Assembly: GCA_044236265.1 (NCBI GenBank) | Contig: JBIIGV010000020.1 | Location: 1-32,787 of the forward strand | Reading direction: 5' to 3' | From: Oligoflexales bacterium | GTDB taxonomy: Bacteria > Bdellovibrionota_B > Oligoflexia > Oligoflexales > RGVZ01 | Length of the DNA stretch: 32,787 bases | In this document: piece by piece, positions 1 through 7,556 of the stretch | How positions within the stretch are numbered: position 1 is the first letter of the stretch | Layout of the letters: the number at the start of each line of letters is the position of its first letter | The notes under the pieces: generated by a model | Seen by the model: only the letters and a program-made list of their open reading frames with translations | Databases searched by the model: none | Told to the model about the DNA's origin: nothing | Position numbers and translations under genes: made by a program

Positions 1-184
1 TTGGCAACCTGGTTGTCGGCCTAAAAAATCTGCCTATTTTGAAGCAAATCCATCGCACAAATTTAAGGCAGGAAATAAGAGCCAAAGGCTCCTTGCTTAA
101 ACCTCTGATTCTTATAGGGGAGTTTGAGGTTTTATTGTAACTATCTTTATTTATTGAATTAACTGACGATTTTCGAAATTCAGG

Positions 185-211
185 TAAAGATTTTTTAGGG
201 TTGGACGAAAC
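185..211 (+). promoter_or_regulatory. Candidate sigma28 (FliA) promoter for the VWA lipoprotein
   Basis: TAAA(185-188)-N15-GACGAAAC(204-211) versus consensus TAAA-N15-GCCGATAA: exact spacing, 5/8 in the -10 element, about 50 bp upstream of the ATG. Confidence 0.4.
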
Positions 212-263
212 CTTAGGCGTCTGCTTGGCACTTTAGTCGAGCAACCTTAGAGGTAACACAGTT

Positions 264-2405
264 ATGAAGCATCTATTAATGACGAGTGCCTATGCGCTCG
301 GGGCGCTCTGTCTCACCACCGGTTGCAATCAGGAAGCAACCTTTTCCAGTGGTGCGAAAAAATCTTACGACGCATTAGCTAGTCAGGTGTTTGCTTTTCG
401 ATCGTCGGAAATTACACAAGGGTCTGTCACAATCCGAGATGGTGGTCGCTACACATCCTTCGATGTCAGACAGGCAGAGAAAAATCCAAATCAGGTGATC
501 CAGCGCCAGGTTCGACGCCAGCGGTTTGATCACAGTTACACGCAAGGTCATCAGGCAAGATTTTCCAAAGAGGAATTTCAGTTAAGTGAAGCAGGCTATC
601 TAGATTTGTTGGTAGTCGTTGATGATTCGAGGTCTATGTCAGAAGAGCAAGCTATCGTCGGCCGCGGACTTGCCCCGCTTATTTCAGAGGTACAGGATAG
701 CAATTGGCAAATAGCGGTGATCAGCATGTCTGATCCCTGCGTTTCATCAACAAACTTGATCAAGAAAACCGATGCCAACGCATCTGACAAGTTTTCAAAT
801 GCCGTTAGAAAACCCGTCGATCGCTGGAATACTGAGCAAGGTTTCCCGATGGCCATCCAATCCTTGAAGGGCCAATGTAATGGCTCGCTACGCCCATGGA
901 TCAGAGAGGGGTCATCGATTGGTGTTCTCTTTTTAAGTGATGAGGATAACTGTGGTTCTGATTCGGGGGAACAAAACCGGTGTAGAAGTGTAACAGGAAA
1001 AAGTACAGCCGAGATGGTTGATTTTCTTCGAAGCATTCGTTCGAATGAAGAAGCTCGTGTATACGCTATTGTTGATCGAGATGGAACTTGTCCCGACGCA
1101 GCTGGTCGCGGAACGATGTATGTGGATGCAGCGACTGCTACCGGAGGATCTGTAGGGTCCATATGTCATGACTACAGCCCGAGCTCCGGATACGCAGAGT
1201 ATCTGAAGCAAGTATCTACAGATGTAAAGCGTATTATCAAACGCCAGTTTTTCCTGTCGGCTTCGCCAGACATGGCGAGGTTTGAAGTGTCCGTCGACGG
1301 GATTCCAGTCCCGTCTTCCGGCATCGTTTCTGTTCGTGGAAATGTCGTAACTATTGATCCGTCTGCTTTCAAAGACGGTGCTAAAATAGCTTTCTCCTAC
1401 ACACATGACGCTATTCCAATGTTCAGTGAAGTTCCGATCAGCGCAATTCCTGCCCCTGAGACATTGACGGTAACCGTCAATGGAGCTGCTCAAGTGGCTG
1501 GAAGAGACTTTAGAGTTGATGAGGTCAAGCGTACGATCGTGTTTTCAGCAATGCCTCCAGAGGACGCAAAGGTGACGGTCGGGTATCTCGAAAATGTTGC
1601 TCTGCTATCTCGTTTTCCAGTAAACCTCACCGGCGTTCGTCCTGATACCTTAAAGGTCATGGTGAATGGAGTACAAATCGACCCAGTAAACTTTGGTTAC
1701 GACACCGCTGGGATCGACTTTTCAAATCCACCTGCGGACGGAGCCATCATTACCGTCTCGTGGAAGACCGATGAGCATAAAATTCTGAGATATCCGGCAG
1801 TCATTTCAGACGCGAGAAATCCAGCTGCGTGGATCGTTCGAGATAAAGTGTCAGGCGGCGAGGTGCCAGCAGATTGGGACCGCAAGTTTCTGACGTTTAC
1901 TGCCGATCAGGTTGTCGACGGGCGACTTGTCAGTGTTGAGATCGATTTTGGCGCAAAATCCGCCATGCGTACGATTGACCTGCCAACCGAGCGCATTGAT
2001 GACAAAGTGACGATCTATGCTGATGGTGTTCCAGATGTATGTAAGATGACACCTGAAAGTGACGTGAAGGGAAGCGCGCTGGATGATGACTCCTCAAAAG
2101 ACAAGTCTTGGAGGTCTCGCTACAAAGGCCAAAAAATATCTCTCAAGTGCGCAGATGGCATCGACTACGGAGAGCTGAAGATAGACTATCTGCATGAGTT
2201 TAAGCGGACCAGTCGCTTTGTGGTTAAATTGCCTGACGGCGCTGATCCCAATGACCCCCAGCTTGGCTGGAAGGTGTTTGTAGATGGGAGGCTGACCACA
2301 GACTTCAGCCGGACGGGATCCGAGATCGAATTAGAGGACGATCTTCTCCCGCCCGAAACAAGAGTCGACGTTGAAGTGATCACGTACTCCAAATTTGAAA
2401 AGTAA
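264..2405 (+). CDS. VWA-domain lipoprotein (CglB-like N-terminal VWA domain followed by several beta-rich Ig-like repeats); putative surface adhesin
   Basis: 713-aa ORF, RBS AGAGGT at 249-254. Signal peptide with lipobox LTTG-C. MIDAS motif LDLLVVVDDSRSMSEEQ (DxSxS at 621-635), LSDEDNC and GSIC motifs. Repeated V.V(N/D)G...F..PP..G/A...V.Y units in the C-terminal half. Confidence 0.75.
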   Translation: MKHLLMTSAYALGALCLTTGCNQEATFSSGAKKSYDALASQVFAFRSSEITQGSVTIRDGGRYTSFDVRQAEKNPNQVIQRQVRRQRFDHSYTQGHQARFSKEEFQLSEAGYLDLLVVVDDSRSMSEEQAIVGRGLAPLISEVQDSNWQIAVISMSDPCVSSTNLIKKTDANASDKFSNAVRKPVDRWNTEQGFPMAIQSLKGQCNGSLRPWIREGSSIGVLFLSDEDNCGSDSGEQNRCRSVTGKSTAEMVDFLRSIRSNEEARVYAIVDRDGTCPDAAGRGTMYVDAATATGGSVGSICHDYSPSSGYAEYLKQVSTDVKRIIKRQFFLSASPDMARFEVSVDGIPVPSSGIVSVRGNVVTIDPSAFKDGAKIAFSYTHDAIPMFSEVPISAIPAPETLTVTVNGAAQVAGRDFRVDEVKRTIVFSAMPPEDAKVTVGYLENVALLSRFPVNLTGVRPDTLKVMVNGVQIDPVNFGYDTAGIDFSNPPADGAIITVSWKTDEHKILRYPAVISDARNPAAWIVRDKVSGGEVPADWDRKFLTFTADQVVDGRLVSVEIDFGAKSAMRTIDLPTERIDDKVTIYADGVPDVCKMTPESDVKGSALDDDSSKDKSWRSRYKGQKISLKCADGIDYGELKIDYLHEFKRTSRFVVKLPDGADPNDPQLGWKVFVDGRLTTDFSRTGSEIELEDDLLPPETRVDVEVITYSKFEK

Positions 2406-2429
2406 TAAATCCAAGCGTTTTCGATAATT

Positions 2430-2462
2430 AACCGAAGGTCAGGCCATGATCTTCGGTTTTCT
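2430..2462 (+). terminator. Intrinsic terminator after the VWA lipoprotein gene
   Basis: Stem AACCGAAGGTCA / loop GGCCA / TGATCTTCGGTT (12 bp with one G-U) followed by TTCT, 25 bp after the stop codon. Confidence 0.6.
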
Positions 2463-2476
2463 CGCCTCTGATTCCG

Positions 2477-2485
2477 TGGTATAAC
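2477..2485 (+). promoter_or_regulatory. Possible extended -10 sigma70 promoter for the flippase/hydrolase pair
   Basis: TG-G-TATAAC just downstream of the terminator and 40 bp upstream of the TTG start; no good -35. Confidence 0.3.
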
Positions 2486-2524
2486 CCTAGGCTTCATGAC
2501 TATTTACCTTTTGGGATCAGAATT

Positions 2525-3559
2525 TTGCGACGTGTCTCTAAAGCCATCTTGGTCAATTTTCTTAAGCTGACGATTGTAGCTGGTCTTCTGTGGTGGATGG
2601 TTGACTCTGGCAAACTGTCATTGTCGCAAATGACCGTTTTCCTAAATCGACCTGATTTGGTTTTTGCCGGTATTCTCGTTTGGCTGCTCGGTCCAGTGGG
2701 TCTGGGTTCTTTGCGCTGGTGGCTATTGATCCGCGGAGCCAATCTTCATTGCAGCTATTTTAGGGCGCTCAAGTTGCAACTTGTTGGCTTTTTCTTTAAT
2801 ACGGCCATGCCCGGCGCTGTCGGTGGGGATATTGTAAAAGCGATCTATATCGTGCGTGATCAGGATGTTCCTCTCGGTAAAACGCCTGCTCTGCTAAGCG
2901 TTTTGTTAGATCGTATCATCGGACTCATCGGACTTTTTTTTATGGGAGTCGTAGCAGCATGCTTTTCATACGAAAGGCTTTTAGCGACGCCAGTTACTAG
3001 AAGTCTTTTGATGGGGCTTGGAGCAGTTGTTGGTGCGAGCGCTATATTTCTCGCGGTTGTTTTTCTCCCCTGGCGCGACGGACGTGATCCTGTGCTGGGT
3101 TTTTTTTCGCTCAGATTGCCGGGTTTTGGAATCTTAAAACGAATTTATCAGGCGCTAAGAGCCTATAAAGACCGCCCTGGAATTATTTTTGCCACGATTG
3201 GAATTTCTGTGGTGATTCAGATGATCTTCTTGGGGTTTATGGGATTTATCGGAAAAATTTTGTATGGCGATCAGGGTTTTGATGCCAGCTTGTTGGCTCC
3301 AATTTTTCCATTTGGAATTTTGGTTACGGCCATACCGTTGGCTCCTGGTGGCCTCGGCGTTGGTCACGCGGCCTTTGAAAAGCTATTCAGTTTGGTCGGT
3401 TTGCCAGGCGGAGCCAATGTATTTAATGTCTATGTATTGTCCCAACTTGTAATGAATCTTCTGGGCATCATTCCTTACTTGTCCATCAAATCACATGCCG
3501 GATCGTCTTTAAGTTCTGCAAAGATGCCAGCATATGGATCGGAATCTCAAAGTTTATGA
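2525..3559 (+). CDS. YbhN/UPF0104-type flippase-like membrane protein (lysylphosphatidylglycerol synthase TM domain family)
   Basis: Multi-TM protein with family motifs LRWWLL, GFFFNTAMPGAVGGDIVK, SVLLDRIIGL and IPLAPGGLGV. TTG start is somewhat uncertain. Confidence 0.85.
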   Translation: MRRVSKAILVNFLKLTIVAGLLWWMVDSGKLSLSQMTVFLNRPDLVFAGILVWLLGPVGLGSLRWWLLIRGANLHCSYFRALKLQLVGFFFNTAMPGAVGGDIVKAIYIVRDQDVPLGKTPALLSVLLDRIIGLIGLFFMGVVAACFSYERLLATPVTRSLLMGLGAVVGASAIFLAVVFLPWRDGRDPVLGFFSLRLPGFGILKRIYQALRAYKDRPGIIFATIGISVVIQMIFLGFMGFIGKILYGDQGFDASLLAPIFPFGILVTAIPLAPGGLGVGHAAFEKLFSLVGLPGGANVFNVYVLSQLVMNLLGIIPYLSIKSHAGSSLSSAKMPAYGSESQSL

Positions 3560-4338
3560 GCTTGATTACATGCGATGGCGCAGAGATTTACTTTGAAGAG
3601 GTGAACCCAAACGCCTCTCAAGTTGTTACGCTGGTAAACGGCCACACGCGGTCCAGCTCTGACTTTAGAATGATGTCTAGAATATTGGGTGAGGCTGGAT
3701 TTCGAGTGTTGTCGATTGATAATCGTGGCGCAGGTAAAACTACTGTTTCAAGGCCATTTTCCATCGACGACTTGTGCCAGGATGTTGTCACACTCTGGGA
3801 TACGCTTAGCGTTCGTCGCTCCAGCCTACTAGGAATATCCATGGGAGGATTCATCTCTCAGGGTATCGCCATTAAACACCCTGCGCGGGTGGATAAGCTG
3901 ATATTAGTATCGACTGCGCCAGAGGAGGGCTTCATCAATCCTGGCGGTGGCGGCTGGATAAGTGAAGGCAATAAGCTCGAAGAAAAAATGCGAACATACT
4001 TTGCTCCAGGGTATGTCGAACGTAACCCAGTTTTCTTCAAAACTATGGTGTCCCAAATTAGACAGTCCATTATATCTGGAAATTTTGCTCAGCGGTCAGA
4101 GATGCAAAGAGCAGCTCTAAAGGGAGCAGCCTGGACATCGTCTTTGTGCAACATCCAAGCTCCAACGATGATAATTCACGGTGAAGAGGACTTAGTGATC
4201 GATATTGAGGGCGCAAAAAAGCTTAAAGAGGGAATCCCTAATTCTGATCTAAAAATAATAAAGTCCGCTGGCCACCTCCTGCTTGCTGAGGCGCCCAAAG
4301 AACTATACCAACTAACAGTGAATTTTCTTAAGAGCTGA
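3556..4338 (+). CDS. Alpha/beta fold hydrolase (PcaD/MhpC-like)
   Basis: Nucleophile elbow GISMGG, DNRGAG, HGEEDLVI (acid residue), AGH (catalytic His). ATGA overlap with the upstream gene implies translational coupling. Confidence 0.9.
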   Translation: MSLITCDGAEIYFEEVNPNASQVVTLVNGHTRSSSDFRMMSRILGEAGFRVLSIDNRGAGKTTVSRPFSIDDLCQDVVTLWDTLSVRRSSLLGISMGGFISQGIAIKHPARVDKLILVSTAPEEGFINPGGGGWISEGNKLEEKMRTYFAPGYVERNPVFFKTMVSQIRQSIISGNFAQRSEMQRAALKGAAWTSSLCNIQAPTMIIHGEEDLVIDIEGAKKLKEGIPNSDLKIIKSAGHLLLAEAPKELYQLTVNFLKS

Positions 4339-4929
4339 TTAAATCGTTCCAGACACGATTCGAACTTCTTGCTCACTAACGCCAAGCTCGGATGCAATTG
4401 TATCCACGCTGTGTCCGCGGGATAGCATGGCGCGAATATCTTCGTAACGACGAGCCTGTATCTCATCAACAACATCTTCCCAGGACCCGCCGGCTTGGAG
4501 AAGGCGTGCAACATTCTCAGAGCGCGCCACTAGCCGTGCAAGTATGTCTCGCTCGTTTTTGGTGTCGCGTGCAAGCTGTGCTATGAAGCGCTGCTTTTCA
4601 CCCAGCGCAATCATGGGCGCATCAAGCTTTTGAGAAACTGACGCGATAATCTTCTCAGCCTCCGCTGAAATACCAGAAAGCCCGTGTCGAATCTCTTGCT
4701 CGACTTCAGTTGCAAGGACTTGCATCTGATCTTTCATGACACGAATCTTTTGCTGTGCGTCGGCAAGTTCTGATCTGATTTGTGTACGTAAGTCTACAAG
4801 CATGGATCGTTCTTCGGTAAGCTCGCGAACGATCTCGTGATGTGCCGACTGCTGACGCTGCAATCGAAAGAAGGCAATCAGTAGAAAGATGTCTGCTGCA
4901 ATTAATACGAAAAGCATTCCTAGCATCAT
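4339..4929 (-). CDS. Membrane-anchored coiled-coil protein with C-terminal DUF2802-like HTH; last gene of the flagellar operon
   Basis: N-terminal hydrophobic helix, heptad-rich middle, C-terminal RGHSVDTIASELGVSEQEVRIV typical of DUF2802-like domains found near flagellar/chemotaxis genes; starts 3 bp after the preceding stop. Confidence 0.6.
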   Translation of the reverse strand: MMLGMLFVLIAADIFLLIAFFRLQRQQSAHHEIVRELTEERSMLVDLRTQIRSELADAQQKIRVMKDQMQVLATEVEQEIRHGLSGISAEAEKIIASVSQKLDAPMIALGEKQRFIAQLARDTKNERDILARLVARSENVARLLQAGGSWEDVVDEIQARRYEDIRAMLSRGHSVDTIASELGVSEQEVRIVSGTI

Positions 4930-4932
4930 AAA

Positions 4933-5418
4933 CTAGCCCTCCTGAAGGTAGCTCTTCAGCACAAGCTCATCAGTCTCATCAATACTAACAGTCTGAACGG
5001 TGACAATCTTCTTTTTGCCCCGGCGACCTATGTCTTCGACATTTACAACCTTGGCGAGAATGGGAAAGCGCGCGGGCTGATCAATTCGTCGATACTGAAC
5101 AAAGCGAAGCTTTCGTTGCCAATAGTCGGGAATATCCAGATGGATGCGAAGCAGAGTTCCTGGCGCAAAAGCCGTTGTTGTCTGAAACTCGATTCCGTGC
5201 GGGCTGATGTGCATGCTTTGAGTAGATTCTAGCGACGACTCGTCTGCAGAGATGCTATAGGTCCCATAGCGCATAGTAACTTTGCGGCTGCTTCGTGGGT
5301 ACTTCTTGATAAGTGATATATCAAACTTACCGGAGGACTGTGATTCGCTGCTTTTTTGTGGAACGATGATCTCGTTCGTTGCGGGCTCATTATTTAAAAA
5401 TTGCGGATTAGCGCTCAT
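4933..5418 (-). CDS. PilZ-like domain protein with degenerate c-di-GMP motifs
   Basis: KKYPR and HISPHG lie at the positions of RxxxR and (D/N)xSxxG; PGTLLRIHLDIP, AKVVNV and the terminal helix (DELVLKSYL) follow the PilZ pattern. Confidence 0.65.
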   Translation of the reverse strand: MSANPQFLNNEPATNEIIVPQKSSESQSSGKFDISLIKKYPRSSRKVTMRYGTYSISADESSLESTQSMHISPHGIEFQTTTAFAPGTLLRIHLDIPDYWQRKLRFVQYRRIDQPARFPILAKVVNVEDIGRRGKKKIVTVQTVSIDETDELVLKSYLQEG

Positions 5419-5436
5419 AGACCGTCCTTCGTAGTT

Positions 5437-5838
5437 TTAGCTAGCTTTTCTGGCGGCAAATACTTTAGTTAACTTTTCTTGTAGGGTGGCTCCTGTGAAC
5501 GGCTTAACAATGTAATTGCTGACCCCGTTTTTAACCGCCTCAATAATATTCTCTTTTTCGGCCTCAGCCGTGACCATCAGAAAAGGAAGATGTTTAAATT
5601 GAGGATGAGCACGAACAGCCTTTAGAAACTCGAGTCCAGTCATGTTCGGCATGTTCCAATCACTGACGATAAACTCAATGTCAGGAACAGTCTCCAGAAC
5701 TTTCATGGCCTGTTGACCGTCTTCCGCCTCGACGAAGTTTGAGTAACCATTTTGCCGCATAAGGGTTTTTACAATGCGCCGCATCGTGGGGAAATCGTCC
5801 ACTACGAGAATTTTCATGTCGGGTCGGCCGAGAGCCAT
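5437..5838 (-). CDS. cheY: Chemotaxis response regulator CheY
   Basis: MKILVVDDFPTMRRIVK, phospho-acceptor SDWNMP, MVTAE, YIVKPFT. RBS GGAG at 5848-5851. Confidence 0.95.
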   Translation of the reverse strand: MALGRPDMKILVVDDFPTMRRIVKTLMRQNGYSNFVEAEDGQQAMKVLETVPDIEFIVSDWNMPNMTGLEFLKAVRAHPQFKHLPFLMVTAEAEKENIIEAVKNGVSNYIVKPFTGATLQEKLTKVFAARKAS

Positions 5839-5876
5839 GGCATAAATCTCCTAAATTCGGGCACGGTTTGGTTTCG

Positions 5877-6635
5877 TCAATCGGACAAAATCGCTCGGTG
5901 TTTCTTCAGCTTTTCAATTGCCTGCGTGTGTAGCTGGCTTACACGGGATTCGGTGACTTCCAGGATACGACCGATTTCCTTGAGGTTTAAATCTTCGAAG
6001 TAATAGAGTTGTAGAACGAGCTTTTGTTTTTCAGGAAGCTCCTCGATATGCTTTCGAAGAATGTCTCGAGCAGAAGCGTTGCGCAGTTGCGCAAACGGAT
6101 TTTTTGAGTTTGGATTTTCAAGAGATTCAAGAAGGCTGCGCCTGTCTGCGCTACCGTTGGTGCCGCCGAAGTCGTCAATTGATAGAAGTTGAACGCCTTT
6201 AACTTTCGCGTTCATGTCAAAAAATTCTTCAATTGGCATACCGAGTGCTTGGCTCAGTTCGTCGTCAGTTGGTTTTCGTCCGAATTTTTGTTCCAGATCA
6301 GCGGCCATACGATCAAGTCGTTTAGCCTTGTCGCGCACCGATCTCGGAACCCAGTCCTGACTTCTCAGTTCATCAAGAATGGCTCCTCTAATGCGAAATT
6401 CAGCGTAAGTTTTAAACTTATTGTCGCGGCTAGGATCGTATTTATCGATAGCGTCCATTAAGCCTATAACGCCGGAGCTGATAAGATCTTCGATATCAAT
6501 GTTGCTTGGTAGGCGCGAAGCAATGCGCTGTGCCACGAATCTAATGAGCGGCGAGTAGTCCATGATCAGCTGATCACGCAGTTTTCCGTCTACGGCCGAG
6601 TTGTCCTGCTTGTATTTTTTAACGATTGATTTCAT
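5877..6635 (-). CDS. fliA: Flagellar sigma factor sigma28 (FliA/WhiG)
   Basis: EDLISSGVIGL, FKTYAEFRIRGAILDELRSQDWVPRSVR, LNLKEIGRILEVTESRVSQLH. Confidence 0.97.
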   Translation of the reverse strand: MKSIVKKYKQDNSAVDGKLRDQLIMDYSPLIRFVAQRIASRLPSNIDIEDLISSGVIGLMDAIDKYDPSRDNKFKTYAEFRIRGAILDELRSQDWVPRSVRDKAKRLDRMAADLEQKFGRKPTDDELSQALGMPIEEFFDMNAKVKGVQLLSIDDFGGTNGSADRRSLLESLENPNSKNPFAQLRNASARDILRKHIEELPEKQKLVLQLYYFEDLNLKEIGRILEVTESRVSQLHTQAIEKLKKHRAILSD

Positions 6636-6691
6636 CGAGCGAGCCTCAAATGATTACATGTTTTATTTTACCGCAAAGAAACTCGAACCTG

Positions 6692-7525
6692 TTACGGGTC
6701 AATAAATTGACGCTCACCGGATGGGTTTGCCAGCGCATGCCAGACTCGCCCCAACCCCTCGGAAGACGTGCTTAAATCTGCCGTCTTTATCATTTGTAAA
6801 ATGGAGCACCATGCTTGGCCCCACCCCTGTCCGCAAATTGAAGCAAGTGCATTATCGGATCCGACCCGCCGTGCAAGGACGGCGCGGATTAGGTTCGTAT
6901 CGGTCTCGACAGCCCCTGCAAAGTGGACATTACTTCCTGAGTAGAGCTTGGCCACCTCTGCGATACGTGTAGCTATTCGACGACCCTCGCCTTGATTGAT
7001 CGTCTGATTAACAATCAACGCACACTCATGACGGTCATGTTCTTCTGCCATCACCTTAATCATTGCATAAGCGTCCGTGATCGCATGTGGCTCAGGTGTC
7101 GTTACAACGACAAACAAGTCAGAGACCGAGTTGAGAGCCAGTACGGATTCTGAAATTCCCGCGCCGGTATCAATAAAGACGTAGTCATAGGTGTCTGGAA
7201 GTCGGCTTAATTCGTGTACCAGAAAGCTTCTGCTGACTGGCGACATGTTGGCCAATTTTGCGATGCCGGTTCCGGACGATATGACGTCAATGCCAACTGA
7301 TGTGGTTGCGACGATGTCCTTAATGGTTGAGTGTCCATCAAGGACGTCTTGCAATGTGCCAGGAGTAGATAGTCCCATGACCACATCGACATTCGATAAA
7401 CCAAGATCCCCGTCTACAATAAGCACCCTAGCTTGAGAGCGTGAGGCGGCGAGAGCCATGTTTATGGTGGTCATGGTCTTCCCGACTCCGCCTTTGCCAC
7501 TGGTTACAGCAATGATTTTTCCCAT
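6692..7525 (-). CDS. flhG: MinD-like flagellar number regulator FlhG/FleN
   Basis: Deviant Walker A SGKGGVGKT, DGDLGLSNVDV, DTGAGIS, TTPEPHAITDAYAMIK; lies between flhF and fliA. Start placed at the ATG at 7525 rather than the ORF-track 7549. Confidence 0.93.
   Translation of the reverse strand: MGKIIAVTSGKGGVGKTMTTINMALAASRSQARVLIVDGDLGLSNVDVVMGLSTPGTLQDVLDGHSTIKDIVATTSVGIDVISSGTGIAKLANMSPVSRSFLVHELSRLPDTYDYVFIDTGAGISESVLALNSVSDLFVVVTTPEPHAITDAYAMIKVMAEEHDRHECALIVNQTINQGEGRRIATRIAEVAKLYSGSNVHFAGAVETDTNLIRAVLARRVGSDNALASICGQGWGQAWCSILQMIKTADLSTSSEGLGRVWHALANPSGERQFIDP
6698..6711. promoter_or_regulatory. FleQ-type enhancer-binding-protein box inside the 3' end of flhG, upstream of fliA
   Basis: GTCAATAAATTGAC is a near-palindrome identical to the known Pseudomonas FleQ consensus; it lies 63-76 bp upstream of the fliA ATG. 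Confidence 0.5.
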
Positions 7526-7556
7526 GAAAGGACCCCGATCGTAGAGCAAGTAAATT

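Noticed and set aside
63..100. Imperfect hairpin (TTAAGGCAGG...GAGCC-AAA-GGCTC...CCTTGCTTAA) as an ncRNA or terminator
   Set aside because: Imperfect pairing, no U-tract, and upstream context is cut by the window edge.
225..241. Sigma54-like TTGGCACTTTAGTCGAG before the VWA gene (also TTGGCAACCTGGTTGTC at 1-17)
   Set aside because: The -12 elements lack GC; for the first, the start site would fall inside the RBS.
596..1493. Antisense ORFs of 188 and 186 aa inside the VWA gene
   Set aside because: Shadow ORFs opposite a well-supported gene, with no recognisable motifs or RBS.
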